Below, one piece after another: positions 21,978 through 29,886 of a stretch of DNA of 64,000 bases. Position 1 is the stretch's first letter. The number at the start of each line of letters is the position of its first letter. A model generated the notes under the pieces. That model was given only the letters and a program-made list of their open reading frames with translations. It had not been told where the DNA came from and searched no databases. The DNA is from a virus. The translations under genes and the position numbers were made by a program. The stretch lies in IMG/VR virus record IMGVR_UViG_3300037461_000428, positions 1 to 64,000 of that record; one strand, 5' to 3'.

Positions 21978-22397
21978 ATGGCAAAATGGAAGCAAGGGGA
22001 TATTTTAATACTTCCTGATAATGATTTAATTAAAGGAATTAAAATATTAGATGTTAGTGCAAATCAATATCTGACATCATCTCTTATTGTAGTTCTAAGA
22101 AAAATAGTATCAATTAAAGAAATAGATTCACTACCTTATACTTTATACAAAGGATTAAAAAATGGCAACAAAAAGAACCCCATTACAGACAACCAAAAAG
22201 GTACCACGCAAACGAGGAGGTCTAAAACAAATCGCCATATACCAAAAGAAAACTCTTCTCAATATAACAGGAGAACCATCGGAGATTCAAAAGCTAATGG
22301 CGGACGTACACCACTTCATAGGAAGCCACGAACTAGTCGTTGGTGGAAAAACAAAAAAAAAGGTAAGTGTGACCCACCAATCAACGGAACCCATTAA
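21978..22397 (+). CDS. hypothetical protein (C-terminal half low-complexity)
   Basis: 139-aa ORF. From about 22160 it overlaps 22162-22419 in another frame. Confidence 0.4.
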   Translation: MAKWKQGDILILPDNDLIKGIKILDVSANQYLTSSLIVVLRKIVSIKEIDSLPYTLYKGLKNGNKKNPITDNQKGTTQTRRSKTNRHIPKENSSQYNRRTIGDSKANGGRTPLHRKPRTSRWWKNKKKGKCDPPINGTH

Positions 22398-22419
22398 AAT
22401 ATTTGATGGGATTGCATAA
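22162..22419 (+). CDS. hypothetical basic protein
   Basis: 85-aa ORF, ATG after AAAGGATTAAAAA. Overlaps 21978-22397. Confidence 0.45.
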   Translation: MATKRTPLQTTKKVPRKRGGLKQIAIYQKKTLLNITGEPSEIQKLMADVHHFIGSHELVVGGKTKKKVSVTHQSTEPIKIFDGIA

Positions 22420-22439
22420 TACATAAGATTATATTAGAT

Positions 22440-22887
22440 GAAGAAATAAATAAAATAGGAAGCACGCCCTCATGAGGAGAAAGCGAGATTGGACACACTG
22501 AAGCAGTGCCCAGTCTGGATAAGATTGAGTTACTCTATCCTTCCTTAATTTTTTGTGTACGTCCTGTCATAACTATCGGTAACCTTGTGGCGAAAAAGAA
22601 GCCGAGTATACATTTAACTCTAGCAGCTGGGTTTGGTTATACCTAACTAACCAGTTAATAAAAACTGCTAATTCTTGATTAAGACAGCTAATATCAAGAC
22701 GTAGTCGCATACGTAGCCGTTCCCTAACCTAGGACAAGGTTGCGAAGTAGGTGACATTCTGGAGAGACAGAAACTAAATATTGACTACATACGCCTCTCA
22801 ACGATGCGCACCAATGTATGAAAGGAAAGCTAGCTAGTACCTTCAGGGATATTTTCCGTGTTTTGTATCTACGGTCTTTTAGAAAAA
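22440..22887 (+). other. long non-coding, GC-richer, hairpin-rich spacer
   Basis: No + strand ORF of 60 aa or more. Local stems such as TGGTTA..TAACCA. Shares CAAGGTTGC and TAACTAAC strings with the 14195-14300 spacer. Confidence 0.35.
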
Positions 22888-22900
22888 CACGGGTATAATT
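22888..22900 (+). promoter_or_regulatory. shared CACGGGTATAAT-type motif (possible -10 region)
   Basis: CACGGGTATAATT lies 20 nt upstream of ATG 22920. See 14330. Confidence 0.3.
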
Positions 22901-22919
22901 TCTTTTAGAATATAAATAT

Positions 22920-23231
22920 ATGAACAATAAAATATTATTGATAGCAAAAAACAAAGCAAGTCAATCTATAAGTAGATATAGAGTATCAGCTTTAGGGTTT
23001 AATAAAAAAGGCGAATTAGTATGCACCTCTTTTAATAAACCAAGATTTGAGCGCAAAGGTGGTGGAACTCACGCAGAAATGCAAGTAATGCGTATGCATC
23101 CTAAAAGCGTAAAAGTAATAATCATATGCAGAACCGGTGGTAAAGGCGACCTTCTCCCAATTCATGCATGTGCAACATGTCAGTCTAAAGCTAATGACTT
23201 AGGTATAAAGATAAAAACGATATCAAATTAA
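22920..23231 (+). CDS. cytidine/deoxycytidylate deaminase-fold protein
   Basis: THAEMQV (the H-A-E zinc/catalytic motif) and HACATCQ (CxxC) lie at the expected spacing. Confidence 0.65.
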   Translation: MNNKILLIAKNKASQSISRYRVSALGFNKKGELVCTSFNKPRFERKGGGTHAEMQVMRMHPKSVKVIIICRTGGKGDLLPIHACATCQSKANDLGIKIKTISN

Positions 23232-23250
23232 TATATAATTTTATTAACGT

Positions 23251-23357
23251 ACAACTATCAAAGGTTGCTATGCCGATAACATCCTGTGCGCGGGGTTGTT
23301 GATGACTGGCGCACCACCGACGCGACAACGCGGCACGGTAACCTTTTATTTAGTTGG
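23251..23357 (+). repeat. boundary hairpin of cassette array C with an insertion in its loop
   Basis: ACAACTATCAAAGGTTGC [about 60-nt GC-rich insert] GTAACCTTTTATTTAGTTGG. The arms match 3800 and 10429. Confidence 0.7.
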
Positions 23358-23389
23358 TTGCAATGCCGCAAGAATGAAAGGAATTTGCC

Positions 23390-23683
23390 ATGAAAAAAGT
23401 TATTAGCTCAGAGGAGCTAATAGCCGCCAACCCTTACTTTAAAGGTGGAGCGAAACACGTTCCACCAACTCACAAAGGGATGCAATGCGGGGGGTATGCG
23501 TTAGCGAGCGGTATGTGGCGTAACGTAACTATATCGCTTAGCGAAGCGAGCATTCATCGTCAAGATGAGCCTCCCACACAGCACCCATTTACGGACACGT
23601 TGTACGCAAGCTGGCCCTTAAAACAGCAGTATAGGAGCGCATTATGGGATTTGCATATAGATGTGATAAGTGTCACCAGTTAA
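23390..23683 (+). CDS. cassette protein
   Basis: 97-aa ORF, ATG after GAAAGGAATTTGCC. It reads through hairpin 23462-23603 and overlaps the next start. Confidence 0.5.
   Translation: MKKVISSEELIAANPYFKGGAKHVPPTHKGMQCGGYALASGMWRNVTISLSEASIHRQDEPPTQHPFTDTLYASWPLKQQYRSALWDLHIDVISVTS
23462..23603 (+). repeat. attC-like imperfect hairpin (E-element)
   Basis: CCACCAAC-TCAC-AAAGGG ... CCC-ATTT-ACG-GACAC-GTTGT. Confidence 0.55.
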
Positions 23684-23850
23684 CAGAGAGCCAAATTGTG
23701 CTTTGTCCATCGTGCGCTCCGAACATTAAGGAAGCGAGCCAACCAGTGCACAATTGCCAAAATGATGCAATTACTCGTGTTGAAAATAAATGTAATGAAA
23801 TATTGGAACGATTACCGCATCGGAATAGTGGTGAACTAGGCCCAGGTTAA
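23644..23850 (+). CDS. small zinc-ribbon cassette protein
   Basis: 68-aa ORF, ATG after TATAGGAGCGCATT. CDKC...CPSC pairs. Confidence 0.6.
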   Translation: MGFAYRCDKCHQLTESQIVLCPSCAPNIKEASQPVHNCQNDAITRVENKCNEILERLPHRNSGELGPG

Positions 23851-23867
23851 GCAATAGCACACGTTTA
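23746..23867 (+). repeat. E-element with a truncated 3' arm
   Basis: 5' arm GTGCACAAT-TGCC-AAAA. The 3' arm AGCACACGTTTA stops abruptly at an AT-rich palindrome. Confidence 0.4.
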
Positions 23868-23940
23868 TTAATAGTATTTATACTAGTTAATTAATAGCAC
23901 CTTATCCCAACTGGCCGAGGAAAAGGTGCTTAAAAACCTT

Positions 23941-24030
23941 CGCACAACAAACAAAGTACTCCATTATGTCCCACATAACGGGTTAGCAAAAATAGTAAGC
24001 GTACCGTATCCAGCGTGCGGTAAACGTTAT
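23941..24030 (+). repeat. probable E-element
   Basis: CGCACAAC-AAAC-AAAG-TACTCC ... GCGTGCGG-TAAAC-GTTAT. The distal stems do not match well. Confidence 0.4.
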
Positions 24031-24230
24031 ACAAAAATGCTGTGCTTTTAGAATTATGGGCACGGCTGGAGGTAACATGGAGTTTATCATTCTTCGAGGT
24101 AGATTTTCGGGACGCTTTTTTGGTGTCCAGTTGGTTTGTGGTAAGTATACGCTTCAGTATGCTTTTCGCAAATTTGGAGTATACAACTCTTGTACTCACA
24201 CATGGTGGCCGTGCTAAATTTTAGTTACAG
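24026..24230 (+). repeat. R-type non-coding cassette, divergent copy
   Basis: GTTATACAAAAATGCTGTGCTTTTAGAATTATGGGCACGGC ... GGCCGTGCTAAATTTTAGTTACAG. The GCTTTTAnnATTAT block is shared with the other R copies. Confidence 0.5.
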
Positions 24231-24396
24231 TACCATATTATTGGAGTCAATGATATGGTATATCGAACTGTCAAAAAAAATAGGACAGTTCACAATTACT
24301 AATTTTAGTAGATATTAGTAGATATTAGTAATATCACAAATTTTATAGACGCGCATTGTACTAAATTTACGGGATATTTAAAAATAGGAGAATACT

Positions 24397-24558
24397 ATGT
24401 CATCCTTTACATTTGAAGAATGGTGGGAAATAGGCAAGAAACTTGGCGGCAAAAAAATTACTGCACAGGCCGCATGGGAGGCCGCTCTTTCTGCCAATGA
24501 GGATAAAATTTTTGAAGAAGGATATAATTTGGGTTTTAAAGATGCAGAAAACAATTAG
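24397..24558 (+). CDS. small protein at the right edge of array C (KDAENN family)
   Basis: ATG after AATAGGAGAATACT. 53 aa. The segment ...ALSANEDKIF...KDAENN and the downstream sequence match 9185-9373. Confidence 0.6.
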   Translation: MSSFTFEEWWEIGKKLGGKKITAQAAWEAALSANEDKIFEEGYNLGFKDAENN

Positions 24559-24635
24559 ACAATAAACAAATCACAAAATACAAAAGAATAATTATCATAG
24601 AGGAATACACTCAAATATTCATATTCCAAATTAAT

Positions 24636-24710
24636 GGTATCTTATCTCAATTGGTTGAGGAAATTGTTTTAGAGACAATTTAGTGTAGGTTCGAATCCTA
24701 TCTGTAGAGG
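24636..24710 (+). pseudogene. tRNA-derived fragment (Leu-UAG-like anticodon arm, T-arm, no acceptor pairing)
   Basis: D-arm TCTC-AATTGGTT-GAGG, ATTGT-TTTAGAG-ACAAT and GTAGG-TTCGAAT-CCTAT are present. The 5' and 3' ends cannot pair. A related D-arm string lies at 23903-23922. Confidence 0.3.
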
Positions 24711-24958
24711 CACTTTTCAATACTCTTTTTATGTGGTGCGATGTGCTAATATAGTTAGGTGTAATAAATGTAAAGCTGAATTTCCGCTAATAAGTATGTG
24801 TTGACACAGCACACGTTTAGTGGCACGTTTTATGTAATACGGGGGAGTGCAAATAGTTATCGACATCGCGATTTAGTTCGGTAGCTTCAACGAGTAATGT
24901 CGTTGCTCTCCCGCGTATAGCATACAATGTCGCCATTTAAGTGTACATATTTTTCATT

Positions 24959-25043
24959 GGTCGGTTGATGGAATTGGGATACATTCGAAACTTAAAATTT
25001 CGCGGGTCTTGTACCCATGGGAGTTCAAGTCTCCCACCGACCA
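24959..25043 (+). tRNA. tRNA-Leu(UAA)
   Basis: Acceptor GGTCGGT/ACCGACC. Anticodon stem CGAAA/TTTCG with loop CTTAAAA. Long variable arm GGGT-cttgt-ACCC. T-arm GGGAG-TTCAAGT-CTCCC. Confidence 0.9.
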
Positions 25044-25083
25044 TTTAATACTTTAGGAGCACAATAATAATAAAGGAGTTGAT

Positions 25084-25254
25084 ATGCTTCGATTTTCTTT
25101 TGAGTCTTTTTTTAAAGATAAAAAAGAGTTAAGAGAAGAGATTGCTCATCTTCTTTGGCATATAGATTATTTATGGCCTTCGAGTTTTCATGATTTAGAT
25201 TGGGTAAAAGAAAAATCAGATAAAGCTTTTATAAAATTAAATGGTGGTGCATAA
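25084..25254 (+). CDS. small hypothetical protein, 56 aa
   Basis: ATG after AAAGGAGTTGAT. Confidence 0.5.
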   Translation: MLRFSFESFFKDKKELREEIAHLLWHIDYLWPSSFHDLDWVKEKSDKAFIKLNGGA

Positions 25255-25328
25255 AGGCAGAGTTTAGAAAGTGGAAAACATATATACGACCACAAAAAAG
25301 AATATTGATTTTATAAATTGAGGAAACA

Positions 25329-25568
25329 ATGATAACAATAGAATTATACGACGGTTCTGTATTAAAATTTAATTTTCCTAAGGATAGGGAACAGAAGTTT
25401 ATTGATATGTGGGTCGATCATAAAAATAAAGCTGTTAAACTAAATGGAGAAGAGATTAAACTATCTGATATACTAGACTGCTACTTAGGCGCGAAGGAAA
25501 AAGTTAGTAATACACCACATATAGATTTAGACTCAATCAAAAATTTATTTGGAGATATTCTTAAATGA
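25329..25568 (+). CDS. hypothetical protein
   Basis: 79-aa ORF, ATG after TGAGGAAACA. Confidence 0.6.
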   Translation: MITIELYDGSVLKFNFPKDREQKFIDMWVDHKNKAVKLNGEEIKLSDILDCYLGAKEKVSNTPHIDLDSIKNLFGDILK

Positions 25569-25903
25569 AAACATATAAAGTATACCAGATACAAAACTCT
25601 AAAGGCGAAAATATTGGTAATAAAGAATACTATTCTTCATTACGAAGCGCAAAAGCTGCATGCCGTCATTGTACTTGGAGAATGGACGAAAAAACAAAGA
25701 TAATTGAAATGGAATGGATAAGTGAATCTCAAATAACAGAAATACCTGTTATTACAAGTACTCAAGAAAGAAAAAGGTGGGATGGAACAACATATAATAT
25801 AGTATCATTAGAAGGTTTCGGAGATAATAAAAAGCAAAAGAAAGAAATAACAATAGAACCGGAAAAAGAAAAAGAATTAATAATATTTAGTAAGGATCTT
25901 TGA
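25565..25903 (+). CDS. hypothetical protein
   Basis: 112-aa ORF whose ATG overlaps the upstream stop. Confidence 0.6.
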   Translation: MKTYKVYQIQNSKGENIGNKEYYSSLRSAKAACRHCTWRMDEKTKIIEMEWISESQITEIPVITSTQERKRWDGTTYNIVSLEGFGDNKKQKKEITIEPEKEKELIIFSKDL

Positions 25904-25905
25904 TA

Positions 25906-26079
25906 ATGAATAAAAAACAATTATTAATTAAATCTTTACAAAAATTTAAGAACGATTTAGCAAAAATAAGAGATGAAATGGTAGAATTTTTAAGTGAGTT
26001 TGAAGATATTCTTGAAACTAACAAACAAGTAATAGAAGATATCGAAAGTGCTATAGATTCTCTTTCACAACATGTCTAG
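25906..26079 (+). CDS. small coiled-coil-like protein, 57 aa
   Basis: The ATG lies 3 nt after the upstream stop. Confidence 0.45.
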   Translation: MNKKQLLIKSLQKFKNDLAKIRDEMVEFLSEFEDILETNKQVIEDIESAIDSLSQHV

Positions 26080-26087
26080 GATTATAG

Positions 26088-26396
26088 ATGAACCTAAGAA
26101 CAGATAAACCAGAATATATAAAGCCAACTGAATATACTTCTAGACCATTGGGCAAAATTGAATTATATGCGGGTTTAGTAGGAGATCTTGGTATAGAACA
26201 AATATACAAAAGTACTGATAAGTTTAATGCCTTTGCTATGAATTTAAGAGCAAGAATGAATCCGCATAGAAACCTAAGAGTTTTTACGTGCGCAATTAAG
26301 AAAAAATATGTAGAAGACTTTAGTAAAATAGACCCAATTAAGTTATATAAACTTTTGAGGAAAATATCAATCAAATTTCTAGAGGATAAAATATGA
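26088..26396 (+). CDS. hypothetical protein
   Basis: 102-aa ORF in the track. Confidence 0.55.
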   Translation: MNLRTDKPEYIKPTEYTSRPLGKIELYAGLVGDLGIEQIYKSTDKFNAFAMNLRARMNPHRNLRVFTCAIKKKYVEDFSKIDPIKLYKLLRKISIKFLEDKI

Positions 26397-27103
26397 ATTT
26401 AAGAAAAGATAAAAAGGTTGTACACGTTGGTATAGCTTTAGATGAAAGTGGTAGTATGAGCGGAGTAAAACGAGAAACTCTAAGTGGTCTCAATGAGCAA
26501 ATTCAGGAACTTAAGAAACATTCAGATATAGATAGTACAATTACTCTTGTGACTTTTGCTGGAGATAAAGACGTCAAGGTTAAATATTCAGCTGTTCCTA
26601 TTAGCGAAATTGATACCATTAAGGAAGAAGATTATAATCCTAATGGCAGTACAGCTATGTATGATGGAGTAGCAAGATTGCTTAATGAACTCCAACAAAA
26701 GGTAGTAGATAATGATGAAACTACTTATTTGGTATTAATAGTAAGCGATGGAGAAGAAAATGCATCTAAAGAATATAATTCTTCAAAAATCGCTGAAATG
26801 ATTAAAACTCGCCAAGAAACAAAGAAATGGACAGTAAGTTATCTAGGAGCTAATCAAGATTTAACAATAGTCCAACAGACACTTGGTTTAAGTGCTGGTA
26901 ATTATTTCAAATATACTGGAGATGTTGCAGGAACACAGTTAATGTGGACTACTTCTTCTAATTCAATTGGTAATTATATGAAAGCCAGAGCAAGTTACAC
27001 GACTGGAGAGGCTATAAAGTGCGGAACATTAACAAGTAATTTTATTGCACCTGTTAATACAGTGTCCGATACTACAACTGATATTCCACCATTAAGTAAT
27101 TAA
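26393..27103 (+). CDS. von Willebrand factor A (vWA) domain protein
   Basis: VGIALDESGSM is a DxSxS MIDAS motif. LVLIVSDGEEN is the later conserved strand. Confidence 0.75.
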   Translation: MNLRKDKKVVHVGIALDESGSMSGVKRETLSGLNEQIQELKKHSDIDSTITLVTFAGDKDVKVKYSAVPISEIDTIKEEDYNPNGSTAMYDGVARLLNELQQKVVDNDETTYLVLIVSDGEENASKEYNSSKIAEMIKTRQETKKWTVSYLGANQDLTIVQQTLGLSAGNYFKYTGDVAGTQLMWTTSSNSIGNYMKARASYTTGEAIKCGTLTSNFIAPVNTVSDTTTDIPPLSN

Positions 27104-27109
27104 TTTACT

Positions 27110-27180
27110 GCGGGAGGCTAGGCCCAGTGGTCTGAAAAGTCTCATAAACTTTTAACCTTCGTGCAACTCGAAGTCCCGCT
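27110..27180 (+). tRNA. possible tRNA-Met/Ile2(CAU), irregular
   Basis: GCGGGA/TCCCGC acceptor (6 bp). Weak D-arm. Anticodon stem AAAGT/ACTTT with loop CTCATAA. T-arm CTTCG-TGCAACT-CGAAG. Confidence 0.4.
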
Positions 27181-27231
27181 TTACAAATGAGAAGAAATAA
27201 TATCTTTAATTTTTAGTAGAACGTAAAGGTC

Positions 27232-27259
27232 AGAAGTTCAACTCTTCTAGGGCCTACCA
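27232..27259 (+). ncRNA. stand-alone T-arm plus acceptor-3' strand plus CCA element
   Basis: AGAAG-TTCAACT-CTTCT-AGGGCCT-ACCA. The complementary AGGCCC sits inside the preceding tRNA-like gene at 27120. Confidence 0.35.
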
Positions 27260-27279
27260 TTTTTAACAAAGGATCAATA

Positions 27280-27510
27280 ATGGAAAAGATTTATCTATCA
27301 AGAAGAAACCTTTTAACTTTACTATCTAAATTAGATAGAAAGAAAAATGAAGAATCTACGGCTTGCACTTTAATTAAAAATAAGAATGACATAGATCCTT
27401 TTGTTCAAACAATAGATCAAATAGCAGTAACAGCAGTAGAAGATTCAGAGTATTATATAGCCCGAGAAGCAGGACAAGTACATCCAGCAGATGATCCAAC
27501 AATGATTTAA
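27280..27510 (+). CDS. hypothetical protein
   Basis: 76-aa ORF, ATG after AAAGGATCAATA. Confidence 0.6.
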   Translation: MEKIYLSRRNLLTLLSKLDRKKNEESTACTLIKNKNDIDPFVQTIDQIAVTAVEDSEYYIAREAGQVHPADDPTMI

Positions 27511-27531
27511 CTTTATCTAATTGGAGATATC

Positions 27532-28227
27532 ATGAAGGTTTTTACAGAGTTTGGTAAGTATCAAATAATTAATGACTCTTGTTTAAAAACTTTAAAATCA
27601 ATTAAAGACAGTTCTATTACTACAGTAGTAGCAGATTGGCCTTTTAAATTACATAATAAACTACTTCCAGAAGTTATTAAAGAATCTAAAAGAGTATTAA
27701 TAGATGGTGGAACTTTAATTTCTGTTATTTATCCTGATCTAAATTATTTAACTAGAAAACTTGCTGAAGAGGCCGGATTTATATTTGCCGAAGAGATAAT
27801 TTTACCAATGAAGGTTTCTTATTCAATGGGTATAACTACTCTTCCAAATAGAACAATGGGAATAATGTCTTTAGTTAAAGGGTCGTTAAATGAAAGAAAA
27901 TGGCAGCCACCTCTTGCTAAAAATGTAGCAAGAATTTTAGAAGCCAATTCAAAGTCTCATTATATTCCTACTAATTTCTGGTTCGAAAAATATTTTAAAA
28001 ATGGTTATAAAAATAAATGGGTAGGAAAACATTCTGAAGCTATGCCAAGATGGGTAGTTGAAAAAATGTTTAAGACTATTATTCCAAAAGAAGGAACTAT
28101 ATTAGACCTATTTGGCGGAGCAGGAACAATATTTGCTAATGCTTGGTTCAATAAGATTCCATGCATAACAAGTGAAATAGACGAAAATAATTGTAAAATA
28201 ATTTATAAAAGATTATATAACTATTAA
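27532..28227 (+). CDS. DNA N6-adenine/N4-cytosine methyltransferase (beta-class order)
   Basis: VVADWPF is a DPPY-like motif IV near the N-terminus. ILDLFGGAGT is the FxGxG motif I near the C-terminus. Confidence 0.7.
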   Translation: MKVFTEFGKYQIINDSCLKTLKSIKDSSITTVVADWPFKLHNKLLPEVIKESKRVLIDGGTLISVIYPDLNYLTRKLAEEAGFIFAEEIILPMKVSYSMGITTLPNRTMGIMSLVKGSLNERKWQPPLAKNVARILEANSKSHYIPTNFWFEKYFKNGYKNKWVGKHSEAMPRWVVEKMFKTIIPKEGTILDLFGGAGTIFANAWFNKIPCITSEIDENNCKIIYKRLYNY

Positions 28228-28239
28228 TAAAGGAATAGT

Positions 28240-29367
28240 ATGCAAAAAAAAGAATATGGTCCGTTATATTCATTGGCTTCAAATGGTAAGACGAAAGAAT
28301 GGTCTTGCAAAGTAGTTGAAGAAAACGGAGTAGTTAATATATATTACATACATGGTTATACAGATGGTAAGAAGATAACTGATACAAAATCAATTATAGG
28401 AAAAAATATTGGCAAATCTAATGAGAGCTCCCCATGGGAGCAGGCTAATTCTGATGCTCAGTCCAAAATGAAAAAGAAAATGGATGAAGGTTATCAGGAA
28501 ACAATAATAACTAATATAGCAGAAGTAACTATTGAATTGCCTATGTTAGCCCAAAAATATACTGAACGTAAAAAATATTTAAAATTCCCTTGCCAAGTAC
28601 AGCCTAAACTTAATGGCGTAAGATGTATAGCAAAAGGTGGAAAGTACATATCTAGAAAAGGTAAGGATTTTACTACTCTGTCGCATTTGGATAAAGAAAT
28701 AAAATTATTTCATAAAGAAGTTAAAGCAAATCCTGATGGTGAAATTTTTAATCCTGAGTGGGGCTTCCAAGAGATTATAAGGGCACTAAAGAAACAAAGA
28801 GATCACTCTAATGAATTAGAATATTGGATATATGATCTTGTAGATACAACCTCTAAGTTTTCCGAAAGAGAAGCAAAGATAAATAAATTCTTTGATGTGA
28901 ATTCGACTTCAAAAAATGAATTAGGTTTTAGAAAGGTTGGAAATTTAGTAGAAGTTCCAACTCATATAGTTACTAATGAAAAAGACATAAAGAGACTACA
29001 TAAAGAATTCACCAAAGCTGGTTTTGAAGGTAGTATACTAAGAAACAGTGATGGTCTCTATCTACTTAATCATAGAAGTAATGATCTATTAAAGTTTAAA
29101 GATTTTCTAGATTCTGACTATACCATTATTGGTGGGCATGAAGGTACAGGAAACGATATAGGAACAATCGTTTTTGAATGTGAAACTGAAGATGGTAAAC
29201 CATTTTCTGTAAGACCAAAAGGAAGTCGAGAACAGAGACGTGAGTGGCTAGAACAATTAGATGAAATAGTAAAACAAAAAATAAAACTCATAACTCGCTA
29301 TCAGAATCTTTCAGAAGACGGAATACCAATTTTTCCGGTTGGAATCGCTTTGAGGGATTTTGAGTGA
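28240..29367 (+). CDS. ATP-dependent DNA ligase
   Basis: QPKLNGVRC is the KxDG-type adenylation motif I. The size and the downstream EGSILR and LLKFK blocks fit phage ATP ligases. Confidence 0.75.
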   Translation: MQKKEYGPLYSLASNGKTKEWSCKVVEENGVVNIYYIHGYTDGKKITDTKSIIGKNIGKSNESSPWEQANSDAQSKMKKKMDEGYQETIITNIAEVTIELPMLAQKYTERKKYLKFPCQVQPKLNGVRCIAKGGKYISRKGKDFTTLSHLDKEIKLFHKEVKANPDGEIFNPEWGFQEIIRALKKQRDHSNELEYWIYDLVDTTSKFSEREAKINKFFDVNSTSKNELGFRKVGNLVEVPTHIVTNEKDIKRLHKEFTKAGFEGSILRNSDGLYLLNHRSNDLLKFKDFLDSDYTIIGGHEGTGNDIGTIVFECETEDGKPFSVRPKGSREQRREWLEQLDEIVKQKIKLITRYQNLSEDGIPIFPVGIALRDFE

Positions 29368-29404
29368 TCTATAGTTTATTATTTTTAAATATAAGGAATT
29401 AATT

Positions 29405-29656
29405 ATGTCAAAAGATATTAGAAAATATTGGCAAAAAGCTATAGATGTTCCAGCAGAATGGACGCCTATAAGAGTTAATCCTCTAGGTATCATTGTAAAA
29501 TGGCATGAAAAATATGGAGAAAATAGAGAAGAAAAATGTATTGGTCTATGGGAAAATAAAAACACTTACAGGCTTACTTATAAAGACAGCAAATTTATAG
29601 AATTACAAAAATCAAACATAAATTCAATTGAAGCTTTAGACGAAATAGTATGTTAA
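29405..29656 (+). CDS. hypothetical protein
   Basis: 83-aa ORF, ATG after TAAGGAATTAATT. Confidence 0.6.
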   Translation: MSKDIRKYWQKAIDVPAEWTPIRVNPLGIIVKWHEKYGENREEKCIGLWENKNTYRLTYKDSKFIELQKSNINSIEALDEIVC

Positions 29657-29751
29657 GAAACGGATGAAAAATTTAATGTTATACTTAATTTTAACAATAA
29701 TATTTATTCAGCTACATAAGTCTGAATGCGAAAATGCAATAAGGAGCATTT

Positions 29752-29886
29752 ATGCCTACATGTATATGTTGCGGCGAAGTAATAGAAGATACAGATCCAA
29801 CATCTGATGAATTATGCGAACAGTGTTATAATATGTATAACAATGAAAATAATTTATTAGATGATCTTGAAGAATTAGAAGAATAA
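29752..29886 (+). CDS. small zinc-ribbon acidic protein, 44 aa
   Basis: ATG after TAAGGAGCATTT. CICCG...CEQC pairs. Confidence 0.5.
   Translation: MPTCICCGEVIEDTDPTSDELCEQCYNMYNNENNLLDDLEELEE

Noticed and set aside
27110-27259. tmRNA or an intron-containing tRNA.
   Set aside because: It is too short for tmRNA and has no tag reading frame. The insert is far too short for a group I intron and is not located in the anticodon loop.
29666-29760. An ORF starting at ATG 29666 (MKNLMLYLILTIIF...).
   Set aside because: It has no RBS and overlaps the better-supported 29752-29886 gene. Its composition is that of AT-rich spacer.
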